Both the position numbers and the translations under genes were made by a program. The notes beneath the pieces are model-generated. The model searched no databases, was not told the origin of the DNA, and worked only from the letters and a program-made list of their open reading frames with translations. A DNA stretch of 64,000 nucleotides from Octopus vulgaris (lineage: Eukaryota). Below are positions 26,505 through 40,636 of the stretch, piece after piece (positions within the stretch are counted from its first letter, which is position 1; each line of letters begins with the position of its first letter). The DNA lies in assembly GCA_951406725.2 (NCBI GenBank), contig OX597825.1:79980001-80044000 (forward strand), in the 5' to 3' direction.

Positions 26505-28876
26505 TCTCTCTCTAGCAGCTTGCTTGTCAAACCATTAAACACTACTTTGAAAAACGAAACCCACCCCCAAATGGAAGCTACTTCAGCGCTGATAAAAAGA
26601 AGTGTCTGAATTAATTATTCCACTGTCCTTTGTCCCCATATTGTCCTAAAAGCTTCTTTTTCAATCCATGTGAAAATATTTTATTTCTCGGTGCTCTCGA
26701 CCTTATTTGCTCAATTTGCGAGAACAGACAGCATCCTGTTGTCAAAGGTCTCGTAAGGTCTATTATCATTAATATTATTATACATACATCATTAGAAATG
26801 ATTTTACGTTGGTAAACTGGGGTCTTTTCTCTTATTCAATTCTAAAAAGAAGGATCTTTTCATTTTGAAAATCTGGCCTTCAAAATGAAAAGATCCAAAA
26901 AGAATTTTCAAAATTAAAAGAAAAACATCGAATGTAATAGTTTTTGATAATTCGTTTTTTTTTTTTAGCGGTGGATAAAGCTACAAATAGCGTGTAAATA
27001 TTGAGGGGAAAAAAAATCTTTGGGTGTAGAAGGTCAAGTACTATATGTACTATTACATGGAATTTTATTTCTAAAGGGTAGAGACGATAGGGTGGAGGTG
27101 GTCAATCTTTCTGTGACAAACTAGATTGGTAATATCGATACGATTGATCTTCAGTCCGACATCAATAAACCGGAATGGAGATGAAATTCCAACGGGGAAG
27201 AATTAGGAAAGAAAACATTGACCAAATTATTTTAGTACGTTGTCTGGTAGCTGAGAGATAACGAGACAGGGGTGTTGAGTGTGCTAAAAGAGATATTAAA
27301 ATACTGCTCACATAAACACAGGACCGATGCTGCTACTAACCGAAGATGTGTATGTGCACTGTCCCAGATGTGTGAGCAGTATGGCTCTGTTCTGAGTGTT
27401 GTATATCGATAAATGATCGCAGAGCTGAAGAAGGAATGTGGTCTTTGGGATGCAATTTTGGCGATACTAGACAGGCGTTCGAGACAAATATGTTGAAGTT
27501 GTTTTAATCAGACGAAAGTTTAATCGGTCGATCGTTTAGACCTAAAATATATTTACTACAGTGGAAATATATTTATAAAAACTTAAATTACCAAGGATTT
27601 TCCATTTTAAAAAGTTTAGTTTAAGTTTTGCGATAGGAATTATGATGCTAAAAAGACCGCCACTCTACCACTTGCAGTAGCTTTGGTGTTTGCAGCTGAT
27701 TTTAAACACATTTTATTGTAGAAGAAACTGAAAACTTCAAAGTTTAGGAGAGAAAAAAGACGAACAAAAATTCTGTATTATTTTTATTATAAAACAAAAA
27801 AATTCAGTGTAGTTGATTTAAATCAGTTTTCTACATGTCAAAAAATTTATCTCCCAGAGACTTAGAGTAATAGTTATACACTTGGCCCTCGGTGGTATAA
27901 AAGTACTTTCTTTTACAGAAATGAAGTCTGAGTGATAAGTAAAGGAAACAAGAATAAGAAGGTTCTTGAATTTCCTCGGGGACGATCTGGGAAATGAAAA
28001 TAACTTTCCCAAGGTTCTTTCCTCCGCGAAGCTAAATCTAACACAATTTCTTCTATTATAAGACTATTCACCTCCAAGAGAGTTTATAGAAATATTAACC
28101 CGACACAAAATTTCAATGGTACAATATTTTATTTCATTGCTCACGAAAGGATAAAAAAAGCAAAATTGACCTCCGTCAGATTTGAACTCGGAACTGTAAA
28201 CAGTACCACGCATTTTATCACACGTCCAAGATATTTTGCCAATCCATCGCTTTATTCCTTACTGCAACCACTGAGTGTATAATTACCACCGTTTCACCTT
28301 TCATATAAAATATGAAAACTTTTGCGCCCTTAACGGAAACCAAAATCACTCGGCCAGTGGAACATACAACTCGGGTTCCATTCCAGTTTGAAATTATTTC
28401 ATTTGTGGAGCTAATTTTCACGAGTTATACTATAAATGCTGCAATATTTTTATTCCTCTTTCCTTTGGAAATATGGGATCTTATTTAATAAATTATTAGG
28501 CGAGCTGGCAGAATCGTTAAGTATGCCGGGCTAAGTGGTTTAGCGGTATTTCACTTGTCGCTATATTCTGAGTTCAAATTCCGCCGAGGTCGACTTTGCC
28601 TTTCATCCTTTCGGGGTCGATGTAATTGACTATCTGCTTCCTCTAAATTTCAGGACTCGTGCCTGTCGTAGAAACGATTATTATTATTACTGGTAGTGAT
28701 GTAATGGGAGCTGCTTAATGCAATAACAAATCGAATACGTAACAGAACTACTTCTCATCTATCGTCTTTATAATTTATGCATAGCTCCTCCCACCATCTG
28801 CAATCCTTTCTTCAAACGACCTCAGATTCGCTGAAATAGTCCATTAAACTGCATTTTTGATAAGTGAAAGTAGCAC

Positions 28877-28890
28877 CAAGGTGAAGGTCA
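28877..28890 (+). promoter_or_regulatory. CAAGGTGAAGGTCA nuclear-receptor-like element, copy 2
   Basis: AGGTGA-AGGTCA direct repeat, followed by a further GAAGGTTA half-site-like word. Confidence 0.45.
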
Positions 28891-29835
28891 TTCGAAGGTT
28901 ATCACTTTTAAAAAAAGTGTCTATGTTGTTAGTACAATAGAGCAATAACCTCCTGTCTGCCGATCACATCAACACCAACATTTATCTAAAACACGAATCC
29001 ACTAAATATGTAGTAAATATTAAATGGGAATCTGATGTTTATGCCAACCTGTTACAGGTTTACAGATTGTTCGTTGGGAGTTTTAACCCTCCAATGTACG
29101 AAATTTTTAGTGGTGAGATCCTCCACCCTTAATAAAAAAAAAAGAAAAAAAGTTAGCCAAGGTTTCGGATCACCTCAAAAACAAAAAACAAAAAAAAAAG
29201 TCACAACCACCATCACCACCCGGCCTGTTCCATCCAAGCAATCGCCACCCAACCAATAGTGAATATAATTTATATGGCTAAAAATTTACTCCTTTGTTCT
29301 AGACATCTTTATTACGTAATCTGTTAATAGTCATTTCTACTTTAGGCACAAAGCCTGCACTTTTACACGGAGGAGGTTTAGTCGATTACATCGACCTAAG
29401 TGCTCAACTGGTATCTATTTTCATCGACGCCGAAAGGATAAAAAAGGTAAGGTCGACCTAGGTGGAATTTGAACTCCAAATGTAAGGAGAGTATGACACG
29501 CTAACGATTCTGCCAGCTTGCAGACAATAATGATCAGACAACGGGTTCCAAAATTAATGGAAACTATGTAATTATAAAGATGGTAAGTGGTAACGATGAC
29601 AGCGCTACTGGAATAGTGATAAATGTTCCGTCCTTATCCTGGCTGCCACCTGAACAATTATCACCCAGGTGTTACCACCTGAAGATCAAGATATCCCACC
29701 TGATGGATTGTCACCCTGCCAAAATCTGGTGTGAAAATTCTTCAAATAAACCAGTTTCAAACAGCAACATTCCTATAGAATCGGAAATTCTTAAGCACCA
29801 AAAATCTCTCTTTCTCGTAAATTATACGCACATGG

Positions 29836-30022
29836 GTGGGTGCTGAAAAGTTCTTGGCTTTGAGTAAAAAAATATTCAGGAGGATCAGTTAATTATGATT
29901 TTATTCAAAATATTTCCCTCTCATATTCACACACTTATTGCAGCGGTCCTTCGGTTTTTCTAAGCCCTGGGCCAAGCCTTTCGCGACACCCTTAAAGCCA
30001 GGGACTTTTCAGAATCCACTTT
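29836..30022. mobile_element. Mariner-type MITE
   Basis: TIRs gtgggtgctgaaaagttcttggctt / aagccagggacttttcagaatccac. Confidence 0.65.
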
Positions 30023-32411
30023 ATATATATATTTTATAATAAGAGATATATATATTATACACACACACACACACACGTGTTTGAGTGTGTGTGTTGGGGA
30101 GGGGGTATATTTGTGTTTCAAGCGTAGTAGACAACGATTCTGCAAATAGCTAATTTTATTTTTAAAGGGAACTCTCCCCCTTCCCCTTTGTAATATTTCA
30201 ATTTTGACTTTTGAAAATTTAAATTTTATACAGATTTTGTTTTAAACGTTTCAGATAATGATTCTTCAAAAATATGCCTAATAAAATTCGAGGGGGAAAA
30301 TATCCAAATCGAAAAATTACAAGGAAGGAGGAGACAAAAATTCCCGATCTTTTTTTATTCTTCTATCGCCCTAGAAGCGTGGTCCACGATTCGTGAAACA
30401 CACATCCGAAAAGAAAAAAAAATTACGGCTTTTGGTGCGCAAGATTATTAATTTCCGGTTCTACAGGAATGGCCAAATGGTATAAAAGGAAATTTATCAA
30501 CACCATCAACCACTATAATAACTAATCATTGTGGAAATTGAGCTAACGAGAGAGTCGATATGGTTGTTCGTCCTAATCAAATCGTAGAAAAAGACAGGAT
30601 TCAGCAGTGTGGCTGAAGCTAGCGCCACCCAGAGTGGTCCGGCTCTCGACCGTTGCCGCCTCACTTTAAGAAAAATGCAAAAGCGCCGATCCAAAAATGT
30701 CACCCGAGACGGAACTCCTTTAGCTATGTCAGTGGCTGACATTTCTGATCATTAGCTTGCTTGCTTGACTAAAGCTGATCTGAGGCTAAACTTTCCCCAC
30801 ACCCCACAGAATTGTATAAGCTTCGAGTAAACTACACACGTCAGTAGTTACGGTTCAGAACACTGCGTCCTCCAAAAATTCTATATTTCTAGAAATTCAT
30901 CAACACTATTCTTAGCATTTCAATGAAGACCCATTCCCTCTTTATACCATTTTACTGTTCACTTTTCTGCCTTTCTTGTGTTTTTTATCCTCTGTACTGC
31001 GCATGTACCTTTGGTTCTCATTGCTGCTTTCTACCTCCTTTTTACTCTTTCCAACGAGTTGTACTCCTGAACACAGTATACAATAAGCTTATTATATTGA
31101 AAGGACATATTTGATTTGGCGCTAAAATCTGTATTCAGGTGTCAATCTCAGTCATTAGTTTTATTATAACACCTTGAGAATCTAAGTTACCATCGTAGAT
31201 CGATAAGACAACAAAGTGCAGATTTTCTTTGGAGACGTTTCAATATTCGCACAGCTGTTGAGAGCAGGTTAAAAAAAGAACATCTACCTGACTGTCTGCT
31301 CCAAACTATTCTCGTATAACAATAATAATAGGTTTCTCTTTCTACACTGTAAACTATGTTAGCCAAGTTTCCAGTTTGATTTTTTTTTTTTTTTAATCAT
31401 CCAATTGTTTATATCTTTCTGTTTGTCGGTTTCAGCTGATCTGCTCAGCTAAATTAGACAGAAGAGATACAGGCTACGACACCACCGCTTCCACCAACGA
31501 CAGCTATATTGACCAACACAAGAGTCACAACACAATTGCCCAATGAGAATGAAATCGCCAAGTCCTTAACACATCCTGCTGTCTAGCGATAAACAGTTCA
31601 TGTCAGAAAATGGGTTCCTAGGTCTGTTTGCAAGAAAACTGAACCTAATTCTCCCTCAAATCCAAACCTATCATATGGGAAAATGAGGAGCACAGGGTAC
31701 TCATTGTTTTATTTTCCACTCACTTAATAACTAGCGCGGGTCCACTGAGTACAGCACAGTGTACTTTTTTTTCATCAGAATGTCGAGGTAGACATGTCAA
31801 GAGCGACACAGAGCTGAAGAACTTATCTACATATGGACAATTGACTTGCATGTGTAAATATTGTGCGGTGGGTTTCGCTTTCTTATCAGTTGAGAATATT
31901 CAGCTTCATTCATCAAACTTCAATAAGGTTACGAATATAGTTGTATGCGCCTCTCTGTATATGGGTGCACGCGCGCTGATTCTGGCGGCCATCTTAACTA
32001 ACAGCCATATTTTTCATGAGCAATCAACTTCCCCGCCGACTGAAGAATGTTGGCAAGCAAGTTCCTAACAAGAAACCCAGTGTATTGGAATGGAATTCTG
32101 CTGTAATTTACACTAACAATACATAAAAGTGAATTTATCTGCATAAACTACAATACGAACGTCTACAAAACAGACAGAATATTATTCGTCATTTTTTGGT
32201 GGGAATGTCTGTATAAAACATTCAGATATACAAAGCAACATTGTTTTTAAATACAACTTTGTATATTTTCGAATACTTATTTTTAAAAAAAATTCTTACA
32301 ATTATTTCCCTTCCTCCGTTCTCTAGAGAAAGAGAGCCACACATACAGTTAAGGTAGATAATGAGAAATGCATTTACATTTCTATGGCTACTTTTATTAA
32401 AATAGTATCTT

Positions 32412-32730
32412 TTTGTTTCAGTCAAAAGACTGCGGCCATGCTGGAGCATCGCCTTTAGTCGAGCAAATCGACCCCAGGACATTATTTGTAAGCCTAGTAC
32501 TTATTCTATCGGTCACTTTTGCCAAACCGCTAGTTACGGGGACGTAAACACACCAGCATCGGTTGTCAAACGATGTTGGGGGGGGGGACAAACAGACACA
32601 CAAACTATTTATGCATGTATGTACACACACACACACACACGACAGGTTTCTTTTCAGTTTCCGTCTACCAAATCCACTCAAGGCTTTGGTCGGTCCGAAG
32701 CTATAGTAGAATACACTTGCCCAAGGTGCC
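32412..32730 (-). mobile_element. SINE family A (head truncated)
   Basis: ttgtttcagtc...cggccatgctggagca...cacttgcccaaggtgcc, with CpGs retained. Confidence 0.75.
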
Positions 32731-34315
32731 TTTTCTTGAGCTGAGATTTGAACCGAATCCAAGGATTCTCACTCATATGGTCCATCACTGGCCAAACAGG
32801 CACGAAAGAAATTTCTTCGACCTCAGCCATGTCATTTAAGGTTCAAGTGGACAGGAAGCGAGTATGTCGGCCCTTCTAGGTGTCATGACCATTATAAATA
32901 CAGCAATCCATCAAGGGACAGAGCGAGAGATAGCCACCAGGCAGCCAACAAGTAACTTTGCCAGTTAAGCAGGCAATACAGAGCCAGATATTCAACATGA
33001 ACGACAGTAGCACTCGCAGAACATAAACAGACATCACCGAATGACCAATGCACACACAGACACAAAACATGTCCAGTTCTACCCTATCATATCGACACAG
33101 TATTTACCTTGTTAATTTCTTGACCAGCTCGAAGCAAGTTGGTAATGTGATGTAGTGAAATATTTGGTATATACAGCAAGTAAATGCAAGTGTCATTTAA
33201 ATAAATTATTTAAACTACAATCCAATGTTTTCCCATCGTTTCACTTTGACCTCCTCCACATGCCTATCTCATCTGCTGCCTCAACATCTTTTGCTACAAG
33301 TGTTAGAAACCATACTTCAAATCATCCACTACTTTATTCATGACTCAAGAGAAATAATAGCTTTATGATACTTTACTGCCTTCTATATGTACATGTTTGT
33401 GCAGGCTGATGTGGGAGCATCTGCAGGACATTTCGATCTGCAATAAATAGCAACCAAATCTCTTAACCCATAAAGTGCTGGGATTTGCACTCGCATAGTA
33501 TGGACTGCTGAGCACATTTTATGAAAATGAGACTTCCATGCACACATAAAAACAAAAAAATAGTTAAAATATCTTTGTATATAATGGTAGCAAGTTTTAC
33601 ATCTGAAAAGTCATTAGTTGAACTATTAGCCCTCTTACATTCTGGAGGGTATCAGAGCATTTGAGTGACATTAGACCCCCAACAAACACCCATAAATTAA
33701 ATGCATCTATCTGGGTCACAATCGTGGCCCATCATGCTTATGTCTTATGTATACAGGAGACATAACATGATAGCTAGATCCAGCTGAAATAGCAGCCAAA
33801 TTTCCATGGCAAATTTTGGAATGGCACAAAAGTCACCACTAAAAATAAGATGCCTCATGTCCAGGATGTCAGTAGTTTCAGGGTAATCCAGAGGAAACTT
33901 CTGAAGTTTATTTGCCATTTGAGTTTAAAAGATTTCAATTTTCTGTTGGCCTCAGATTCGTCATGACCATCACTAATATCTCAAAAGGCAATTATTAAAA
34001 GTTGTTGGATTAAACCTGGTAGATAAACTGAACATATGAAAAACCCATCTTCTCACTTGGTCTCCATATTGGTACCTTTAAGAATTAAAAACCCTGACAG
34101 TGTCTTGGTAATATGAAAGGGCCAAAATCCTGCAGTTTGGGTTTGAACAAATAACCAAGAAATAATTAGTGGTGTCAACTAATAAAAAGAAACAGATTCT
34201 ATTTTATTTGTCAATTAGTTCATAATGCATGCCAAAATCAGGACATTAGTGTATGGAGATACTTTGATACAACAGGGAAGTAGTGACAGAGATACCTGCC
34301 ACTACTATGCAGGAG

Positions 34316-34346
<31 letters not shown>

Positions 34347-34390
34347 TTTTAACTTTTTTTTTGTTTTAGTCAGACTGGCCACACTGAGGA

Positions 34391-34424
<34 letters not shown>

Positions 34425-34834
34425 GAGATATTTGGCAATTTGCTGTGCTTGAGAAGACATGTAAAGCCAAGTGAAGTCATAGTCCTGGCCAGTGTCCGTG
34501 ACACGTAAGAGGTACCTACTACACTCTTGGAGTGGTTGGCAGTAGGAGGGGCACCAAGCTGTAGAAAGCAAGCCAAATCAGACTGGAACCTTGTACAGCT
34601 CTCTGGCTTACCACTCCTAGTATATATAACGTCTAGCAGTAGTCTGTCATTGAGAGGATCCTGTGCACATGAACCTCATCCAGCACTCTCTGCCGCTAAG
34701 ATTACTGGAACTGCAGCTACCACGACTAAACTTCTCCAGGCAAGTGGGATTTGAACTCAAATGCAGCAATCTGGAAAACATACCTTAATAAAGCATTCCT
34801 GCTGACAAGCCAGTGATTCTTACTTCTTTGTTGC

Positions 34835-35053
34835 CCACAATGGGCTAAATGTAGAGGGGACAAACAAGGACAGATAGAGGGATTAAGTCGATTACATCGA
34901 CCCCAGTGTGTAACTGGTACTTAATTTATCGACCCCAAAAGGATGAAAGGCAAAGTCGACCTCGGCGGAATTTGAACTCAGAACATAACGGCAGATGAAA
35001 TACCGCTAAGTATTTCACCCGGCGTGCTAACGATTCTGCCAGCTCTCCGCCTT
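34835..35053 (-). mobile_element. SINE family B, young copy
   Basis: aaggatgaaaggcaaagtcgacctcggcggaatttgaactc...gctaacgattctgccagctc. Confidence 0.78.
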
Positions 35054-35739
35054 CAAAGCCAGCGATTCTGCCACACTCCAACCTGCAGAGCAATGGTAAA
35101 TGAAGTGTTTTGCTCAAGAAAACAATGAGCTGTCCAGCCTGGGAATCAAACTAATGGGCTAGCAATCATGAGTACAACACTTCAACCACCAGGTCACTCA
35201 CCTGGAGATATATACAGGTAACAAATACGCTTTAAAGTGGTTGGCATTAAATAGGGCATCCAGCCATAGAAACCGTGCTGAAGTAGACAATTGTAGCGTG
35301 AGGCAGGCCTCCAACTCATCAATTCTTATCCACCCCATACTCGCAGGAAAGTTAAATATTAAGTTTATGATGATGATGGTGATATTGATGTGTGTAGATA
35401 ATGTACTTTTAGATATATGACAAGGTGGCTATGGTTGGTATGTCATTGATCAGGAGGTTGGAGAGAAAGGGTGAATCTAAGGTCAAATAACCGTAACAAA
35501 CACGATAGGAATTGAAAAGTTATGTGTCCTAGTTTCAAAATGGATCTACTGTCCTGCAACTAAAAACATTGGTGTTTCTGAGGAGAAGTGACATGAGCCC
35601 AGCTAGCTTTGAGGAACAGAAACCATTTATAGCAGTGGTAGGAAAGGGACCCTATATCAATGAAACAGGCACTGGAGAATGTCCATGAGGGACTATATTC
35701 CAATCATGTGAGCAGCCTTTGTTGGAACATGGTCTAGGA

Positions 35740-36063
35740 CAGTGCTGCCAACCTGAAGCCCACAGGCCACGTGCAGCCTGCAAGACTTATCTTGTGGCCC
35801 ACTTCATACTTTCTTGAAATAGCTTTATTTAAACAAACATTTAAAAAAATTTTATCAAAAATAAAGATTTTAATGAAAAGTAAAAAAAGATACTGCTTTT
35901 GCAACGATAATATTTCCTGTTGAATCAACAATAATTCATTCATTATTGTAATAATAGCATGAGAAAGCAAAATGCTTTCAATTCTGTCAGTATACGGGCG
36001 GCCCTCAAAAAAACTTTCTGTGATTAAAGTGGCCCACAATATAATTCGAGTTAGCCAGGCCTG
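35740..36063. mobile_element. hAT (Charlie-like) MITE
   Basis: CAG...CTG ends (cagtgctgccaacc / gagttagccaggcctg), decayed GGCCC subterminal motifs and CTAG-containing flanks. Confidence 0.5.
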
Positions 36064-36099
36064 GTCCTAGATATCTCCATTAGCAGCAACAGCATTGTC

Positions 36100-37470
36100 C
36101 CTGGTGCTCCAGAGTGGACTGCATCTGAGTTTTATAAGAGTGCCAATAATTATTTGGGAGTTGAAATATTTTCAGACCTGGAGAGAGAAGATACCTAGGA
36201 CTGCTTTTTGTCAGGAGAGATCTTCAGTGCAAGTTAGGCCTAACATTTGACACAATCATAAGCGCTTTATTTAAATGCCATTCATATTTAAATGGGGTGA
36301 GGTGGGATATATGCTTGTGCTTTTTTGTTGTCACAAGAGACGAAATTAGCATCTCTCCCTTGGAGGAGGTGTTCAAGATCTCTGTTCATGGGGTCAGTGC
36401 TGGTTCAGTAAGTGGTGTCTTAGACTGTGGGTGGATTTCACTGGGTCAGAAAAGGTTTCAGAAGAATGAAGGTGGGGGGGGGTCATTTTTGTCGAATGTG
36501 ACAGCAAATAGGTCATTGCAGTATGGAAGGAACAAATTAGGGAGACATTATCAAACTATTGGGTATACCAAAAGTGAAGGACAGAAAGAGCACCATCAAC
36601 ACACACTATAAAAAATAGGGATCTAATAGGAAGCTACCAATCCAAGAGACACGAGATGGTTGGACCCATAGGCTGGCTATTTCAGCAGACACAGTGAAAG
36701 GCTTTATTGAGAACTCCAATGAAAGCAACCTTGCTTTCATTAGATTCCTCTGAGGTGAAAGTCTACTGATGAGGAACATAAAATAGGTCACCAGTGGATT
36801 TAGCTTTATGGAAGATGTATTGGTGGTCATTAAGTGCAGAGAGAGTATTTGGGAAGGTTGCTGTTTGTGACTGTCTTTATAACCCTCGAGATATTAGAAG
36901 TATATGTGTGGCAGGGTCAGAAGGGTTGCCCCTCTTGGGGATAGAATATGTGGAGTGTTTCCATATGCAAATTGGGAAAGTCTAATAAGGAGTGGGTGTG
37001 ATATATATATCTGGAGACTTATCAAATGTGCACAGTGTGCAATAATTGGTTGAAGAATAAGCAGTGGAGAAAAAGAAGAGCTATAAGGCTGGAGATCATT
37101 TTGGTAAGGCCCCAGAAGGATCAGTTGTAGTTTGGGAAGTAAGAAAGGCTGACTATTCTGCAGTGCTCAGAGGCACCTTACATGACTCAGTAGTCTTGCA
37201 AGAATCACCCAGATTTGGGTGATGGCCGAATATCTTGTAGGCCTGAACACTTGCAACATAGCAATGAACAAGCCATTTGTATGTGAAGACTTGGAGCATC
37301 GAGATTTTATTGTTCATGATGTTGAGGAAGACAATGACAAAGCAGACAATTGGTGGTTTAAAGAGTTTGAGAGACTTGTAGGGAAAGTCAATGCATTTGA
37401 AAGGAATGAGGAAGGAAGAGAGAGAGAGACTTGGTTGAGAGCAACTGGAAGTCCTTGTTGGCAATATCCA
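36100..37470 (-). mobile_element. Heavily decayed LINE (CR1/L2-like RT) remnant
   Basis: Minus-strand peptide LSLEFSIKPF...QPSRVSWIGSFL resembles the RT motif LD-x-SKAFD...W-I-x-SFL; many stops and frameshifts. Confidence 0.4.
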
Positions 37471-37519
37471 GGAGAGAGAGAGAGAGAGGTGTAGGCAACA
37501 GGAAAAGTATTTTCTATAC

Positions 37520-37808
37520 CTGTGCCGGTGGCACATAAAAAGCACCATCCGTATGTGATCGATGCCAGCGCCACCTTGACTGGCTTCTGTGTCGGTGGCA
37601 CGTAAAAACCACCAACCGATCATGGCCGTTGCCAACCTCTCCTGGCACGTAAAAAGCACCCACTACACTCATGGAGTGGTTGGCGTTAGGAAGGGCATCC
37701 AGTTGTAGAAACACTGCCAGATCAGACTGGAGCCTGGCTTCCCAGATCCCGGTCGAACCATCGAACCCATGCTGGCATGGAAAACGGACGCTAAACGATG
37801 ATGATGAT
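37520..37808 (+). mobile_element. Repeat family C
   Basis: Near-identical to the 24255 copy. Confidence 0.75.
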
Positions 37809-38160
37809 GTAGAGGTATTCCATTTCAAGGTAAAGATTGAGTAAAGAGGGTGTACCCTGGAGAGCAGAAATGAACTAAATGAGTGAGAATTGTGTCAAAG
37901 AGTAGAATAGAATGTGAGGTTTACATATTGATGTGTGGAGCCTAGGGTGGGTCAGTCTGAAGGTTAGCAGGGAATAAAATTGTCATCACCTAATGAGTTC
38001 CGTTTGGGCTTAATTTACATTACACTAACAAATTAGATTCTTGCACATATACACACACATCCAAACAAATAGATGTGCACACACATGCACAAACTTATAA
38101 AAATCCACAAATATATAAATATGCACAAAAAAAATACTCGTATATTTCAATATCCAAATC

Positions 38161-38205
<45 letters not shown>

Positions 38206-38319
38206 ACACCTTACAACTACACACACACATCATAAAAGCCATATCTGATCACAGTATTTGAACTAAAACTCATCTTGTGGTCTTTCTTTTATTACACCTC
38301 TGGAACAAAAGTCCACATA

Positions 38320-38530
38320 GTGGATGGGTGGACATACTTACAAAGATCAAAAAACAACACGGTGCCCATGACTTTCGGAAACTTTCCTTTACACACTCAG
38401 AATTAATGAAGCACGGAATAAACTACCCGTATCAGATATTAGCTATCAGGACACTACATCTTTCAAAACTCCCATGCTTCCTGAAATTCACCAATAGCAC
38501 CCTTGAGGCTCCCCACCTTTTCTGAGGACT
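38320..38530 (+). mobile_element. CR1-type LINE 3' end fragment (same family as 12985)
   Basis: KIKKQHGAHDFRKLSF plus a frameshifted WNKLP-like segment. Confidence 0.6.
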
Positions 38531-39126
38531 TCATCACTGTTCATTTGTCCATATTCTACGAACTCTTCCTGCACATTTTTCAACTTTTTCTGAGGAATTG
38601 TAGTGTACCTGAGCACGGTATACAATAAGTTCAGTATTATTATTATTATAATTATTATTATTATGAAGGCAAACTGGCAGAATAGTTAGCATGCTTGATG
38701 AAATGCTTAGCAATATTTCGCCTGTTGCTATGTTCCAAGTTCAAATTCCGCCGAGGTCAATATATTAAGTACCAGCGAAACACTGGGTAGGGAAGTGAGG
38801 GGGAGGGCGATGTAATCAACTAGTCTCCTCACCCCAAAATTTCAGGCCTTGTGCCTTTAGTAGAAAGGATTATTATTATAGCACCAAGCTGAACAAAATG
38901 CTGAGTGGTATTTCACCCATCGCTATATTCAGAGTTCAAATTCCACTGAGGTTGACTTTGCCTGTCATCCTTTTGGGGTCAATAAATTAAATACCAGTTG
39001 AGTACTGACAGAGGTGGGGGGGATGTAATCAACTAAACTGGTTTCAAATTTATGTCAAAACATAACTTCACAGTTATGTCAAATACATGAAAGCAGTTAT
39101 GTCAAAACATAACTGCTTTCATGTAT

Positions 39127-39435
39127 GGAACAGATCTGTCTGTCAGCCAAGTTCATAGTGAAGACTGCCCTGCCACCTTCCTTTAGTTGGGCAGGTAAGG
39201 TAGTTTTCCTTTACCTGGTAGCAGTGACAAAAGAGGTTGCCTGGTGGACGAGGTTGAAAGTTTAGAGGACAGCAACATTCCTCTTTCGTAGAGCTCTCAT
39301 TGACTTTTCCAAGCTCTAAGTATAGGGCTTGAGTTAAAGAAGAGGAACTGAAGAGATCACTAGGCCTTAGTGTACAGGGAGATCTTTCACAGAGGGGTTC
39401 CTTGATTATCCCTAAAGGTCATCTTGTATAAAGGT
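39127..39435 (+). mobile_element. Tx1/L1-type LINE 3' remnant
   Basis: FLYLVAVTKEVAWWTRLK resembles the Tx1 ORF2 C-terminal AK-x2-IW-x2-R motif; followed by a T-rich 3' region. Confidence 0.45.
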
Positions 39436-40296
39436 TTTTTTTTTTATTTTTTTTACTCTTGTATACTATGCTCCCCTTCTTTGTTTTATTATATGCAGTG
39501 TATACTTTCTATGTTATATATTACAAAATTTTATATAGAGTTACCCAAGGCTTCGCACCCACAAAGCCAAGCCTTGTGGACAGCTTGTTAGACGTTATAT
39601 GATAGTGATGGCCAACAACTACATTATATATCTCTTACTTGTTTCAGTCATTTGACTGCAGCCATGCTGGAGCACCACCTTTAGTTGAATAAATCGACAC
39701 CAGGTCTTATTCTTTGTAAGCCTTGCACTTATTCTACCGGTCTCTTGTCAAACTGCTAAGTTATAAGGACATAAACACACCATCATTTGTTATTTCATTA
39801 TATGTAAACCAACACTTTAAGTCTAGTTTCCTCCTCATCCTTCACCCTGGTGGCAATTAAAAGAAATTGTTATTCTCATTATTAATTATACCAAGTTGAA
39901 GGCCAGATCTTAGTGTAGCATCATAATTGCTTCTACGGTCATGGCAACCCAATAGATTAGATCACAAAGTTATTACATAATCAATATTATGTAAGTGCTG
40001 GATATTGCGCCTGTATCAGATAATACTACATCATTAGTTAAAAATAAAGATCATGCAAGGTGCAACAGAAAAACCTTCCATATTTTTTTTTACAGTCATT
40101 AGTTTGGATCAGGGAGGTTTTTTTTGCCACACCTTGTATAATTAGCTAGCAGTTAATTGGCCTGGTGTCGCTTACCAACACACTCCACCATGCAGACCTG
40201 CTGCCACTTGACTGCTTTTTCTCGTTAATATTACAATTCCTGCTCTACACAGCAAACTGACCTTGTAGAAATTTCACCACTCAGATCACAGAAATC

Positions 40297-40636
40297 AGGT
40301 GTAGGGCTGGCTGTGCAGTAAGCAGTTTGCTTCCCAATTACATGGTTCCAGGTTCACTCCCACTGCACAGTACCTTGGGAAAGTGCCTTCTACTATAGCC
40401 TCAGGCCAACCTAAGACTTGTGAGGGGATTTGGTAGAAACTGAAAGAAGCCCTTCGTGCATGCATGCAGGTGTGATCACTGCTTGACAACCAGTGTTGGT
40501 GTGTTTATGTCCCTGTAACTTAGCAGTTTGGCAATAGACCACTAGAATAACTATCAGGCTTTAAAAAAAGGCTGGGGTCAATTCCATTGACTAAAATTGA
40601 AAGCAGTGCCCCAGTCTAATGACTGAAACTAGTAAA
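40297..40636 (+). mobile_element. SINE family A (CpG-decayed)
   Basis: Same architecture as the 5113 copy. Confidence 0.72.

Noticed and set aside
26436-26520. Minus-strand ATG|gtaacc as an alternative first exon
   Set aside because: A phase 0 join to the phase 1 exon 2 reads GTC CTA GTC TGA, an immediate stop.
37219-37494. Acidic 91-aa ORF that could be a nested exon
   Set aside because: Lies in a decayed LINE region, ends in a GA repeat, and I found no convincing splice partner.
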